Assembly: GCA_009103225.1 (NCBI GenBank)
Contig: RHPI01000385.1
Span: forward strand, 1 to 18,924
DNA length: 18,924 bases
Direction of reading: 5' to 3'
DNA from: Chlorokybus atmophyticus
Taxonomy: Eukaryota; Plantae; Mesostigma and Chlorokybus algae
Shown: in pieces, positions 8,597 to 18,924 of the stretch
Position numbering within the stretch: position 1 is the stretch's first letter
Layout of the letters: each line of letters opens with the position of its first letter
Program-made: the position numbers and the translations under genes
Notes under the pieces: model-generated
Seen by the model: only the letters and a program-made list of their open reading frames with translations
What the model was told of the DNA's origin: nothing
The model's database searches: none

Positions 8597-8706
8597 TACC
8601 ACAATATTTAGGATTTGCTTCGCGCGGGGGTACGAGTCGCGCGTACCGAAAGTTCCGGTGCAGAGCAGCGTGCTGTACTGTACCGGAATCCCGAACAGTG
8701 CACAGC

Positions 8707-9024
8707 CCCATGCCTGAGTCAATTTTGCGTGTGCGGCACACCTAGATGCATCTTTGGAGATGCATTCGAGTGGATGCATTTAAGTATGGGTAGGTAAAAT
8801 GCATCTGGTAGGGTGCATCTATTTGCGTGCATTCAACTACATGCATGTAAGTTGCATGAGGTAGTAAGGAAAGGAAAGGTTAAATACATCATATATCATA
8901 GTGTGTTAACATTGCAACATGCTTTTTAAAAACATTTATTTCTGGGTAGGTAAGATGCATGTTACTGGATGCTTCTACCTACATGCATGTAAGTTACATG
9001 ATGCAACATGGAAATGGAAAGTTG
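8707..9024. repeat. Degenerate copies of the same unit, mostly inverted
   Basis: 8978-9024 (ACATGCATGTAAGTTACATGATGCAACATGGAAA..) and 8838-8881 are reverse complements of ~9605-9640. 8707-8737 is a direct match to ~9358-9390. Confidence 0.8.
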
Positions 9025-9259
9025 TATGCGTTATGACAGATCACATAATTGCATAATAATCAACCACACTCAGTAACTTGCAGCGTGCATTTCATGATAT
9101 CGGGTGGAGGGCTTGCGTAGAAAAGAAGAGAGCAAACATGGTCAATTACTTCACTTTCAACGTATTTACGTTGTATGTATTTTTGTACGCAACTTGTTAC
9201 CATTGCAACAATAGCTATTATGCATGCATTCATTATTAAAACCTTCATTCTTATATAAC

Positions 9260-9724
9260 GTAACTTACATGCATTACCTATCCAAAACCTTGAATGATGT
9301 ATCTACCCAGATGCATCGTACAAGATGCATCTCGGTAAATGCCTCATTTAAGAGGCATCCCATGCCTTAGTCAACTTCGCGTGTGCTGCGGGGACTCGCA
9401 TTGCATCTAGGTGGACAACCTTCCTTGATACACCATGTCAGTTATATGCATTACCTATCCAAAACCTTGAAAAATGTATCTACTCATATGCATCGTACGA
9501 GATGCATCTAAGTAAATGCCTCATTCAAGAGGCATCCCATGCCTAAATCAGTTTCGCGTGTGCTGCGACGACTGGCATTGAATCTACCTAGATGATAGGT
9601 AGACAACCTTCCTTGTTACATCATGTAACTTACATGCATTACCTATCCAAAAACTTGAAAGATGTATCTACCCAGGTGCATCGTACAAGATGCATCTAGG
9701 TAAATGCCTCTTTCAAGAGGCATC
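9260..9724. repeat. Tandem array of ~177-188-bp hairpin-rich units (two full copies plus ~100 bp)
   Basis: Units start at 9260, 9437 and 9625 with GT(A/C)A(C/G)TTA(C/T)ATGCATTACCTATCCAAAA. Internal palindromes include AGATGCATC..GATGCATCT and ATGCCTC..GAGGCAT. Confidence 0.92.
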
Positions 9725-10185
9725 AAGTCTGGTGCAAAGGGTAAGACGATTGAAGTGGCAAGCCATGGAAACCCGCACTCAATGTCTTAAAATATGTACT
9801 GAAGGGTTAAGTGGACCAATATCTTTGCACTGTTTGTTGATAAATGAATTCTCAATGTTACATGTTCAACAAGTTGTGAGTTGGCGAAATCTTGTGGCCT
9901 GCACACTTGCAAACCTTTGTACACACAATGCGCTACGTCATTGCTCATGCATAGTGTCATTCATCACACGCATGCATCGGCACAGCAAGCAGTCTGCACT
10001 CACCCTCACATATATTCCACCACCGGGCTATACTACTACATTAAGTACATTACTACCTACACCACCACCCCATTGGTCATGCAAGTTATGCATGCATCAC
10101 ACTGTCATCACCTGTACAAGCACGAGCAGCAGCGTCAATGACGGCAGTGTTGCAGCAGCGTCGCAGCATGCAGCATAGCAACGGC

Positions 10186-10425
10186 TCTCCCTCCCTCCCT
10201 CTCTCCCTGTCATCCTCGTCCTCCTTCAACCCCCTCTCTCTCTTTCTTCCTTCCCCTCCCCCTCCTCTGCCTCTCCTCCGTCCTCCTCCTCCCACTCCGT
10301 CGCTGTTGCCATTGCAACCCTCGTTGTTGCTGGTCCTGCAGGGCCCCTCAGCCCTCCCCCTTCCCTGCTTCTCTCGCCTCCACCTCCACACCTCGCCTCT
10401 CATCCCACCTGCTGCTGCTTCCACA
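10186..10425. repeat. Pyrimidine (C/T)-rich low-complexity tract
   Basis: CCT/CTC runs; this explains the spurious Pro/Ser/Leu and Gly/Arg/Glu ORFs here. Confidence 0.8.
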
Positions 10426-10730
10426 CGCTGTAACCCTCGCAGGGCCCCTCTGCCCCGCCCCTCTGCTCTGCGTGTTGTTGTCTATCCTCACCTCGTGGGG
10501 CTACAGCAAGGTTGGGGGTGTTCGTGGAGTACGCATAAGCAATCATTACCGAGGCTCAGATGCAAACCATGCAAGTGTAAAGCGAGATGCAAGCGGAGAT
10601 TACAGGACAAATCAACCAGCACTACCATGGCTGACCTAGTTCGTGAAGCCCTGCTGCATGTCCATGTAAGCACAATGTGCTCATTGTGCTCGCAGCGCAA
10701 ACCACAATCACCAATGCCAATGGTAGCTTT

Positions 10731-12446
10731 TCATGCGACAGCAGCTGTTTTTCTAGACGAGGGTCCCAGTCCCAGTCCTAGCCAAGCTGCTAATGGAAAC
10801 TGTAAAAGCGCGAGCGCGAGCAGCATGTAGTTGCGGCGCGCACTGTCGAGGCCGTAATGTCTTGACTCGGCCACTAGAACGCGCTTCATCGTCTTGACCA
10901 GAAACATGGCCATGCACATGCCATGCCAGAGAAGAGCCACATAGTACGCCCATGTAGACAGGAACCCAACGCCGATATTCACGCAAACGGGCACAAACAT
11001 GTACCCGCTGTACCCGAGCAGGTCCAAAAACGGTACGCTGAGAGGCACTTGCGGCGTTGCCAGTGCATACAAACCCACTCTCAACAGAAACGCCTCCCCC
11101 ACCCAAGCCAACAGCGCCCGCGAAAGGCGCGCCCCAACCACGTCAGGAGTAAACCTACATGACAAACAGCCACGGTGGTCACATACAAATCAGGAACGAG
11201 GTCAAAACGTGTGTACAGCAGTGCCAATGATGCTACTCTGTTGGTAGTGAGTGAGAAGCAAAGCAAGAACGAGCATCTGATGATCGCGTCAAACGGCAAA
11301 CACAAGCTGCATACCTGTGCTCAACACCGATGGCAATGCTGCACATCATCACGTAAGTGCCAAACGCCATGCATGCAAGGTACAAGTCTGGCGCATTGAT
11401 ATCATAGAGTGGCGGCTTGTATGTCAGGCCTCCAGCTACTTGCTCCGGCACCCTGGTCCATGACCCCTGATGCATGTCAAGGCACGTCAGCCATACTGCA
11501 TCGAACAGTCACACGCCCAGCATGCCAACATACAAAACGACAAGGTCTAACTGCATGGAAAAATCTCCGACTCACTCTATGAAGGAAAGGGCAGAGGACT
11601 ATCTTCAGCTTGTTCAGCACGTAAGTGTTGTTGACTTGGAAGTAATAATGTAGGTCCTGCCCTTGGAAGTACCGTGAGAAATTGCTCTGCATCCTCTCGC
11701 CGTACGAGCGCGCAATTGCGCCGCCCATCGTCCCCATTCCCATGCCCATCCCGCCAAACATCCCAGACCCCGAAGCATCGCCGAATGAGCTGCCTGGTGG
11801 GGTCGGCTGCCTGTATCCATCATACTGGGAATGCACAGGAGAATATTGTTGTGAGCATGTGGTTGTGAGATGAAGTGTTCTTGTTGTCTTCTCTGTTTTA
11901 TAATTTGCTATCCTTTTTTGTCAAATCAATGTACACTCCTGCACCGTAGTGCTGAACATAGACGAGTCTCCAACCCAAGAAAACGTGCTTGCACATGCTG
12001 TCCATTTAACAACAAGAAGCTAACAAAGTGCAAACAAACATAAGCACGCTGCCCCCCCCCAAATACCACGCTGGCACAAGAGCGGCCAGAAACCAAAGAA
12101 AGTTTAAGAGCAGAAATGGAAGCAGGGCTCTATATACACCATGTGAGGAACAATGAAGCAAAACCCAAAACTCAGAAGCATAACTCAGTACTAAAACCTG
12201 CAACCAAACTGGGGTCTACTAATCACCCCATCGGTGGCACTTGGAAAACACTGTTCTTAAAGCTAAAAGCTAACACCATGCGTGTAGATTGTTAGAGACA
12301 TGACGGCTGGAAGATCATCGGCATGACCTAATCTCAATCTGTGATGCGCTAGACTGCTGCTGAATTACCGGAGTAGGTGGATGCTGCTGCCAGCCTCCGG
12401 GCGACACAACAGTCGGCCCGCTTGGGCCATACCCTGGCTGGTACAT
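10731..12446 (-). CDS. YIF1: YIF1 (Yip1-interacting ER-Golgi membrane protein), ~300 aa; exons 12446-12369 (inferred), 11824-11576, 11466-11315, 11154-10731
   Basis: Family motifs YYFQVNNTYVLNKLKIVLCPFLHRGSWTR, YKPPLYDINAPDLY..MAFGTYV, FLDLLGYSGYMFV and FLVKTMKRV. All introns are GT-AG and phase-consistent. The first exon is plausible but less certain. Confidence 0.92.
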
Positions 12447-12753
12447 GGCCCCCTCCCCAAGGCCAAACGACTGCTGGTAGGCCTTCAACCGCCCTAGCGA
12501 GGCCTCCTCAACCCTATCTACCGCACGCGAACCCTGCAAGGCGAAGTGGCGCCACAGCAGTCAGTGAGCTGCACTCATCGCCTGCTTCTACGGATAACCC
12601 TTGTCGTCGGCGACGGCGTCGTCGGCGGCAGGGCTGGTGGTGTTGACTGGCTCAGGGCGGACAAGCAGATCTCTCCCAAATACACTCTCGCGATGCCCAG
12701 GTGCAGCCACTGTCACAAGTGCGCAGTGCGCGACGCAGCTACAGACCCATTGC

Positions 12754-12754
<1 letters not shown>

Positions 12755-12804
<50 letters not shown>
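12755..12804. repeat. (TG)25 microsatellite
   Basis: Read directly from the sequence. Confidence 0.97.
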
Positions 12805-12805
<1 letters not shown>

Positions 12806-14459
12806 TCATCAACCACCATGCAACCATCCTGCATGGTCCATGCATGTTAAATGAATGTACCGTGCGTTGAAACCTGTGATATGCTCCGTCTTTTATCATG
12901 ATGGGCCCTTGTATCTTACCCTATGCATGCAAAATGATTGCAATGCAGCTTTGTGCAAGCTTGCTTCCCAAGCAGGAGCAACCGTTTTCGCAAGGTAGCA
13001 TATCGTTAAGGCTCACGTTAATTGCATTTGATGAAAAAATTTCGTATCTGACAGTACACAATAACTTTGTATTCATTACGAAGGCTATATTATGGCAGCA
13101 AAGCTCCATAGAGGTGCACACTGTTTATCAACTCTTGACGAACTAAAAGCTGTGTATAAAGCGTGACGGGACTGGCTGAGGTCAGATTCCCATATGCGAA
13201 AGTGATCTGATTGCACTTGCAGATTGGGTATGACATTGCGCTGTATTTCAGATGCCGCGGATCAGTTATGATGGGGTGGGCACACGTGCACGGCTTACAC
13301 AACATAATTTAATTCATTTGCTGTGATATATATATATATATACACACACAAGCACTATATACAAGCACTGTATGTTCATTGATGGTGAGGTTTGCTTGCT
13401 GGTTGTAAGTATATTCATAAAATGCGGACGCTGGTTTACGATTATGCCATGTACTATTATGATTGAGATGTACGACTTATGAAGGATTGCGACGGTGCAT
13501 GCTAAATAATCATAACATTGCCACATCACAACTGCAGCAATTAAAAGGTATGGTAATAGTTGCACACTATGCCCCGCACGCGCGTGCGCACAGCATTAAC
13601 GACACCCCCCNCCCCCCCATCACACAAAAAAAACCCACAAAAACACACACAGCGCAAATGACCACCTGCCGAGCGTAACCGCAGAAACATTTGAGGCAGC
13701 ACATCAACACATATACGAGCGCATGCGTGTGCATGCATAATAGCACGCACGCACGCACGCACGCACGATATAGCCCGGTGGTGGTGTATGCAAACGTGCT
13801 GGCATGCATGTGCGTACATCGTTGTGCATGTCTACAACTACCGCGCTCAGAATATGTACACAACACATCACACACGCAGCAATGCAGCAACACCACTGTA
13901 TATCGGTTGCAGTAAATACGAGCAGCCGTGGCGGTATGATATTTACGTCAGTTACCACAGTATATGCTCGTAGCACAAACAGCTTATTGTTCACCTGATC
14001 ACAACGATAACATACATACAAAATAAAAACGAGGTAATTCTTGGTACAACCACCTTAAGTCAGCAAAATAGGGCAGATTTTTTTGTCTGTACACGCTTGC
14101 CATGATAAAAAAAAAAACACAAATAAAAAAAAACTGCAAATAGCAATATGGAAACGCGAAAAATGAGACGGTAAATTGGCGTGATGAGCTGTTCGCTCTT
14201 TTGTTGCTTGGCTGCTGTTTCAGACTTCAGCACAAGTAGTAAGGGCTTAGCGGTTGACGTGGGTTTTGCGGTTAAACTCGCCACTCTGACAAGAGGCTGA
14301 AAGCTAACATAGTCATGAGACCAGGCAGCAGTCTCTAAGTGTTGGATGCAGAAACACATGCACACCATTGCATATTCTACACACTGTCCCTGTAGAGTTT
14401 GTGTGCGCGCGCGCGTGCCTGTTCATATATAACATCGGCAAAACAATGCCTGCGGCACA

Positions 14460-15830
14460 GGTGCGAGCACATTTATGTAATCTGGCTGCTGTAAGCGCGT
14501 TGATCAGCTTGGCCTTCACTTCAACAACAAGAAATGGGTATCTGGTCTGGTACGCATTCAGTAGCGCACCACCTAAGCCCGCCTGAGCCCCCCCNNNNNN
14601 NNNNNNNCCCCCCCCCACCTGTCCAATTGCGGCAACACAACACAAGAGTCTCAGCACCACAACCATTCTTATTGCAAGCAAATGTTTATGTGCATAGGTG
14701 TGCTGCTGCTGTACGAGGCAGTGAGAGCATCCCGAAGGATGTAGCTAGACGGGTAGCCAGAGTTGATGAGGTTGCGCTCCTTCTGCGTGGTGGCGATGTC
14801 AGCCTTCATCTGAGTAAAGAACTGGTTGTCGGCCGGCCAACGGCACCTGAAGCTGGTGGATGACCAGAAATTTTGAGAGCACCCTCGCGTCCTGCGCAGC
14901 CTTTCAATTAGCAAATCCTTTGGTTACACGCGTGCACGCATGCACCACAAGCACACATGTGCACAAGTGTGCTCATGCAACACACCAATGGAGTGACAGA
15001 TGGTGACAGGAGAAGATCTTGAAGATCTAAAGAGGAACAATTACACGTATGCACACCCCGTGCGCGCGCGCACACACATACATGCACACGGTGCGTGCGT
15101 GCGTGACTTGAAAATCTGCGTGCGCATGCACATTCAAGGTGACAGATGGAGGCCAGTGTGTGTGTGTGGGGTGGGGGCATTGCGTGTGAACCTGTGGGGC
15201 TGCGTGTACACGATGAACGAAGTAATTATCCAGTGCATTGGCCTTGATAATGTCCGGAGCCTTAACAGCGGGCGGGTAGAGGATATCGACCCCGCCACAG
15301 TTGTTGTCGGTGATTTCGCGCAGCAACACGCATTATGCGCTCAGGCCCAACGGCACGGAGCAGCAGCACAAGAGTGACGATGCGGAGGTCTTGTTGTAGG
15401 ACGGCCCACTGCTGGAGCTGCCGCAAGACGCCTGGCAGCCTCCGGACTTGACACGCGCAAAATTTTCGTCAAGCGTACACGTGGTGTGTTCGTGTTCTAC
15501 ACACCGTGTGTGTGTGCACACGCTTGAGTGTCTTTTCAAGTACTTTGCACGCTGCCGTTTGCCATGGTCACGTTGTTGCCATTGACGCTACAGGGGTTGC
15601 CTATGGTGCAGAGCTGCTTTACGCCCTTATCGCCGCTAGCTCCCGGGCAGGCGTATGTGGTGAGCGCATTGGTGCGCGCACTCTCTACGAGCATGTGATC
15701 CCGCTCAGCTGCGAGACCGACTACGAGCCGCTGGTCTTTAATTTGAACACGTTGGTGAACCCGTAAGCGAGCTGGTTATCAGCGGGCCCGCCCAGATCAA
15801 CACTGATCCCCACACGATCGCCATGCGTCC
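14460..15830 (-). pseudogene. Unidentified multi-exon coding relic
   Basis: C/G-ending codon-rich stretches join into GDRVGISVDLGGPADNQLAYGFTNVFK(fs)KDQRLVVG..CTIGNPC, GCQASC..LLCCC..SA*CVLLREITDNNCGG, and after intron 15191-14901 AAQDARVLSKF..VPLA(4-bp duplication)DNQFFTQMKADIA. A further possible exon reads YPFLVVEVKAK. Confidence 0.4.
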
Positions 15831-16959
15831 ACACACAGAACGGCACAAAGCAGGCCTGGACCTTGACACTGAGGGCGTTGACCAGGCCATACCTGCGCAT
15901 GTTTTAGCGCAGGGGAGATCAGCGACATAGGCGGGATCAGACACGCACAAGCAAGCAAATTCACACAAGGACACGCACGTGCATGCAGACACATGCATAA
16001 ACGCATACATGCGCACACACACGCCAACACGCACAACGTGTTGCTCACACACATGCAAACACTGAGAGCGTGCACACAGCCAACCCCACCACCCAACCCT
16101 ACCGACCAGACCTAACCGCCAGTGACACAGTGGCCCTGCATGCGGCAGTGCTGACGTTGGCACTGCGCGAGAAGGGTTAGGGTAGTGAGAGAAGCAGCAG
16201 CGGAAACTGCATGGCAGAGTGGGTGGCGGGGGCAGAGGGAGAGCAGGCGGAAGGGAGGGAGTCGTCATGCTGTGCTGCTGCTACTGCTGCCTTTGCCAAC
16301 ACCAACTGACAGAGCCCGTGTGGGCAGGTAATGCACTACTAATACGCATGTATGCATGCCTAACGAGGAGGTCTAGACTAGTGTAGTGTAGTGAGGAACA
16401 AACAGTGTGTGTAGTCCGGTGGTTGTGTTGTAATGTGCTTGCATGTTGCTGTTTGACCCTGCTAGAGAGGGGCGGCGGCGGTGGCGGCGGCTCCGGGCTG
16501 GCAGCCACTGCAGGTGACTCCCCTCGCGGAGGAGGCGGACATTGCACTAGCTGGGAGGACTGCTGGCACCCGTTAGTGGCCCGGTAGTAGCCTGGTTGCT
16601 GTGCTGGCTGCTGTGCTTGCTGCTATGCATGTAGTTCGTGGCTAGGTACGGACATGGTGTACGTCGTGCCCGCGTTTTTGTTAATGCCAATGGTGTTTGG
16701 CATGCTGTGAGTGAGGTCATGCATGTCTCCAGCTACTGCCAGCATATCCTGTACACACAATGCTCTGTGAGCACTTGCGCTCGTGCACAGAATTTCAATT
16801 GAGATTTAGTTGTGCACTGTCGTGCCGGTTTGTACGGATTGTGACATGCAACATGTCGCGCACCGACAGTCCAGCACACATGTGTGACAGCGAGCAAGTA
16901 TGCACAATTATTGGTTCATTTACAGTCTGTACACTGAGCAGCAAAGCTATCACGTGCCA

Positions 16960-18738
16960 TTATGCAACAACTGTTGCTCCTGCAAGCTGCCGCCGAGTAA
17001 GCTGTGCATATTCCCCATTCCTCCTCAACAACTCGTCGTGGGTGCCGACTTCTGCTACCGTACCGTTCTTCATCATGACTATCTGGTCGGCATCACGTAT
17101 CGTAGACAACCTGCAGATAAAAGCGGACGTTGCATCGCAAGTGCCGGTCAATAACAATTTCAATGCAACCTTACCGGTGGGCAATAACGACAACCGAACG
17201 CCTTTCTGAGCCATCACGCCCGCGCATCACTCTATCAAGAGCCTCCTGCACTAGCCGCTCACTTTCGGCGTCGAGCGCAGAAGTGGCCTCGTCAAGAATG
17301 AGAATCTGCGGCCATTGCTTCAGTCAAGTAAAAAGAACAACACAACTCACAATATTGCAGCCAACACCTGTACTCAACACCGCCATATGACATATCACAC
17401 CAAGTGCGGACCGCAAGTACCTTAGGATGTCGGACTAGTGCCCTTGCAATGGCTAATCTCTGTCAACAGATTGTTGAGTCAGCAATGGTAGGTGCACAAA
17501 GAGACAATCAGTTATGAGTGTGGTGTCACCTGTTTCTGTCCTCCGCTCAATGAAGTGTTGCTAACTGGCGTTTTATAGCCCTCAGGCAGCTGCGTGATAA
17601 ACTGATGGGCATTGGCCAACATGGCCGCATGCTCGACTTCAAGCTGGTTGAAGCCGCCTTCTTGAATACCATAGGCGATGTTTGTTTCAATATCAGCAAC
17701 AAACAAGGACGGCTCTTGCGAGACGACACCCAGCTGAGACCGGAACCATTTCACGTCCAGCTCGGTGAGTGGCCAGCCATCAATCAAGACTGTCCCTTCA
17801 GTGGGCTCGTAGAACCGTTGCAGCAGAGAGACAAGAGTTGACTTCCCGCTGCCCGACAAGCCAACCAGCGCAGTCACTTGACCTGGCTTCATCACGAGGT
17901 CCACGCCTTTGAGAATCTGTGCTTGTGGCCTGGTGGGGTAGTGAAAGCTGACATTCCTGAACTCTATGTGGCCGGTCAGCTTCTCAAGCTTGCGGCCTCC
18001 TCCAGGGATCAACTGGGCGGCCGGCGGCTTGTCGAGCAACTCCAGCACGCGTTCTGAGGCACCAATTGCTTCCATCACACCGGCCCATTGCTCGCCAATG
18101 GCCAGCGATGCGGATACGGCGAGCTCAATGTACAGGATGAATGAAGTGAGCTGTTGTGCGGTGAGCTGTCCCCTCATTGCCATGGCACCACCAATGAAGA
18201 CTGCTACCAACTGCCCGCAGTGACGCGTGTCATGGCCAACACTTAAGCAAGTGAACACCACCCATAAAGCTCAATAACCTCCGAACAGACTGCTTACCTT
18301 GGTACCTGTTTGAAAGGTCCACCAGTAAGCAACACTGTTAGGAGCAAACAACATAATAACCAGGCAAGCAAAAGGTTGATGCAAAGGGCAAATCAACCTG
18401 GTTCTTACAACATCATGCCATGTACAAATGCACAGTCATAGGAAAGCTACGCGTCAATGGCTTCACCGTGGTAGAGAAGGCTATTCATGATCGCAAACAA
18501 GCCGTAAGCCGCGACAATGCGTAGGTGGACGCCTGTGCCCCTTCGGTTCCACTCGTGATGTCGAAGCTCCTCACGCTTCTCACCGCCAAACGCTCTCACC
18601 ACACGCACCATTGACATCGCCTCCTCAAGGACCTACAACAGCACGCTGCCTAAGCTGTTACTAGCAATTTTTGGCATTGCATACAAGCTCCCGACAACTT
18701 CTGTCCTCAAATACCTGGCTAGTCCCTGCACGGGTATC
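16960..18738 (-). CDS. ABCB26: ABCB half-transporter, plant TAP1/ABCB26-like, 5'-partial; exons 18738-18715, 18632-18467, 18305-18298, 18210-17530, 17459-17421, 17305-17175, 17110-16960
   Basis: Walker [11 protein letters not shown]-loop SQEP, signature [15 protein letters not shown], Walker [14 protein letters not shown]-loop IAHRLST. TMD end [28 protein letters not shown]. All introns are GT-AG and phase-consistent. The ABCB call is firm; the orthologue name is from recall. Confidence 0.93.
18298..18305 (-). other. 8-nt microexon GTACCAAG of the ABCB gene
   Basis: Flanked by ...TTTCAAACAG and GTAAGC. It bridges a phase-1 exon end (CAC G) to a phase-0 exon start (TTG GTA); without it the frame breaks. 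Confidence 0.85.
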
Positions 18739-18884
18739 CTGCACGCGGTTCAAAGCTTTAGTATTTGATACAAGCGTATCTGTGAGCAGTACAAGTACCC
18801 ACAGCAGTAGATGCATGGTATCCTAGACTGTTTCACAACACCTTGTGACTAAGTAACGTTACACTTCATACACTGGATTCACCA

Positions 18885-18885
<1 letters not shown>

Positions 18886-18924
<39 letters not shown>
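18886..18924. repeat. (TA)n microsatellite running off the window end
   Basis: Read directly from the sequence. Confidence 0.97.

Noticed and set aside
9260-9724. CRISPR-like array
   Set aside because: Whole ~180-bp units are repeated with no unique spacers, the context is eukaryotic, and no cas genes are present.
5200-9800. Fanzor/TnpB or another RNA-guided nuclease associated with the transposons
   Set aside because: No RuvC-like motifs or CxxC...CxxC zinc finger were seen in any frame.
9690-10830. ORFs 9690-10178 and 10138-10830
   Set aside because: They run through repeat and C/T low-complexity DNA and overlap the YIF1 3' end antisense; the composition is not protein-like.
12900-14400. 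Short ORFs in the YIF1 upstream intergenic region
   Set aside because: They are built from TGCA/CACA/TA simple repeats and A-runs, with no codon bias or motifs.
2145-15335. TAA/TAG read as Gln (ulvophyte-type code) to explain the in-frame stops
   Set aside because: The RNR2 TAGs fall at conserved Trp and Glu, TGA stops and frameshifts also occur, the host exons contain no in-frame TAA/TAG, and the ABCB gene appears to end in TAA.

Overview
Eukaryotic nuclear DNA, most likely from a green alga or other green-lineage organism (GT-AG introns, microsatellites, a plant TAP1/ABCB26-like gene). The window has three zones. (1) ~398-5212 is a gene-dense, decayed block that reads as a giant-virus (Nucleocytoviricota) endogenous element. 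It holds small membrane-protein ORFs, a ribonucleotide reductase R2 pseudogene, a putative L1/F9-type membrane protein pseudogene and a putative beta-prism lectin + A16/G9/J5-like Cys-rich pseudogene. Two of its genes carry short spliceosomal introns, and most have stops or frameshifts. (2) ~1-397 and ~5215-9725 are mobile and repeat DNA: two pogo/Tigger transposase remnants (one with its right TIR and TA), a 46-nt conserved terminus present twice, hairpin-rich non-coding DNA and a ~1-kb foldback-like array. (3) ~10700-18924 is host DNA: an intact YIF1 gene (-), an unidentified frameshifted multi-exon relic (-), and the 3' part of an ABCB half-transporter (-) that needs an 8-nt microexon. All family assignments come from manual translation and motif recall; no searches were run.
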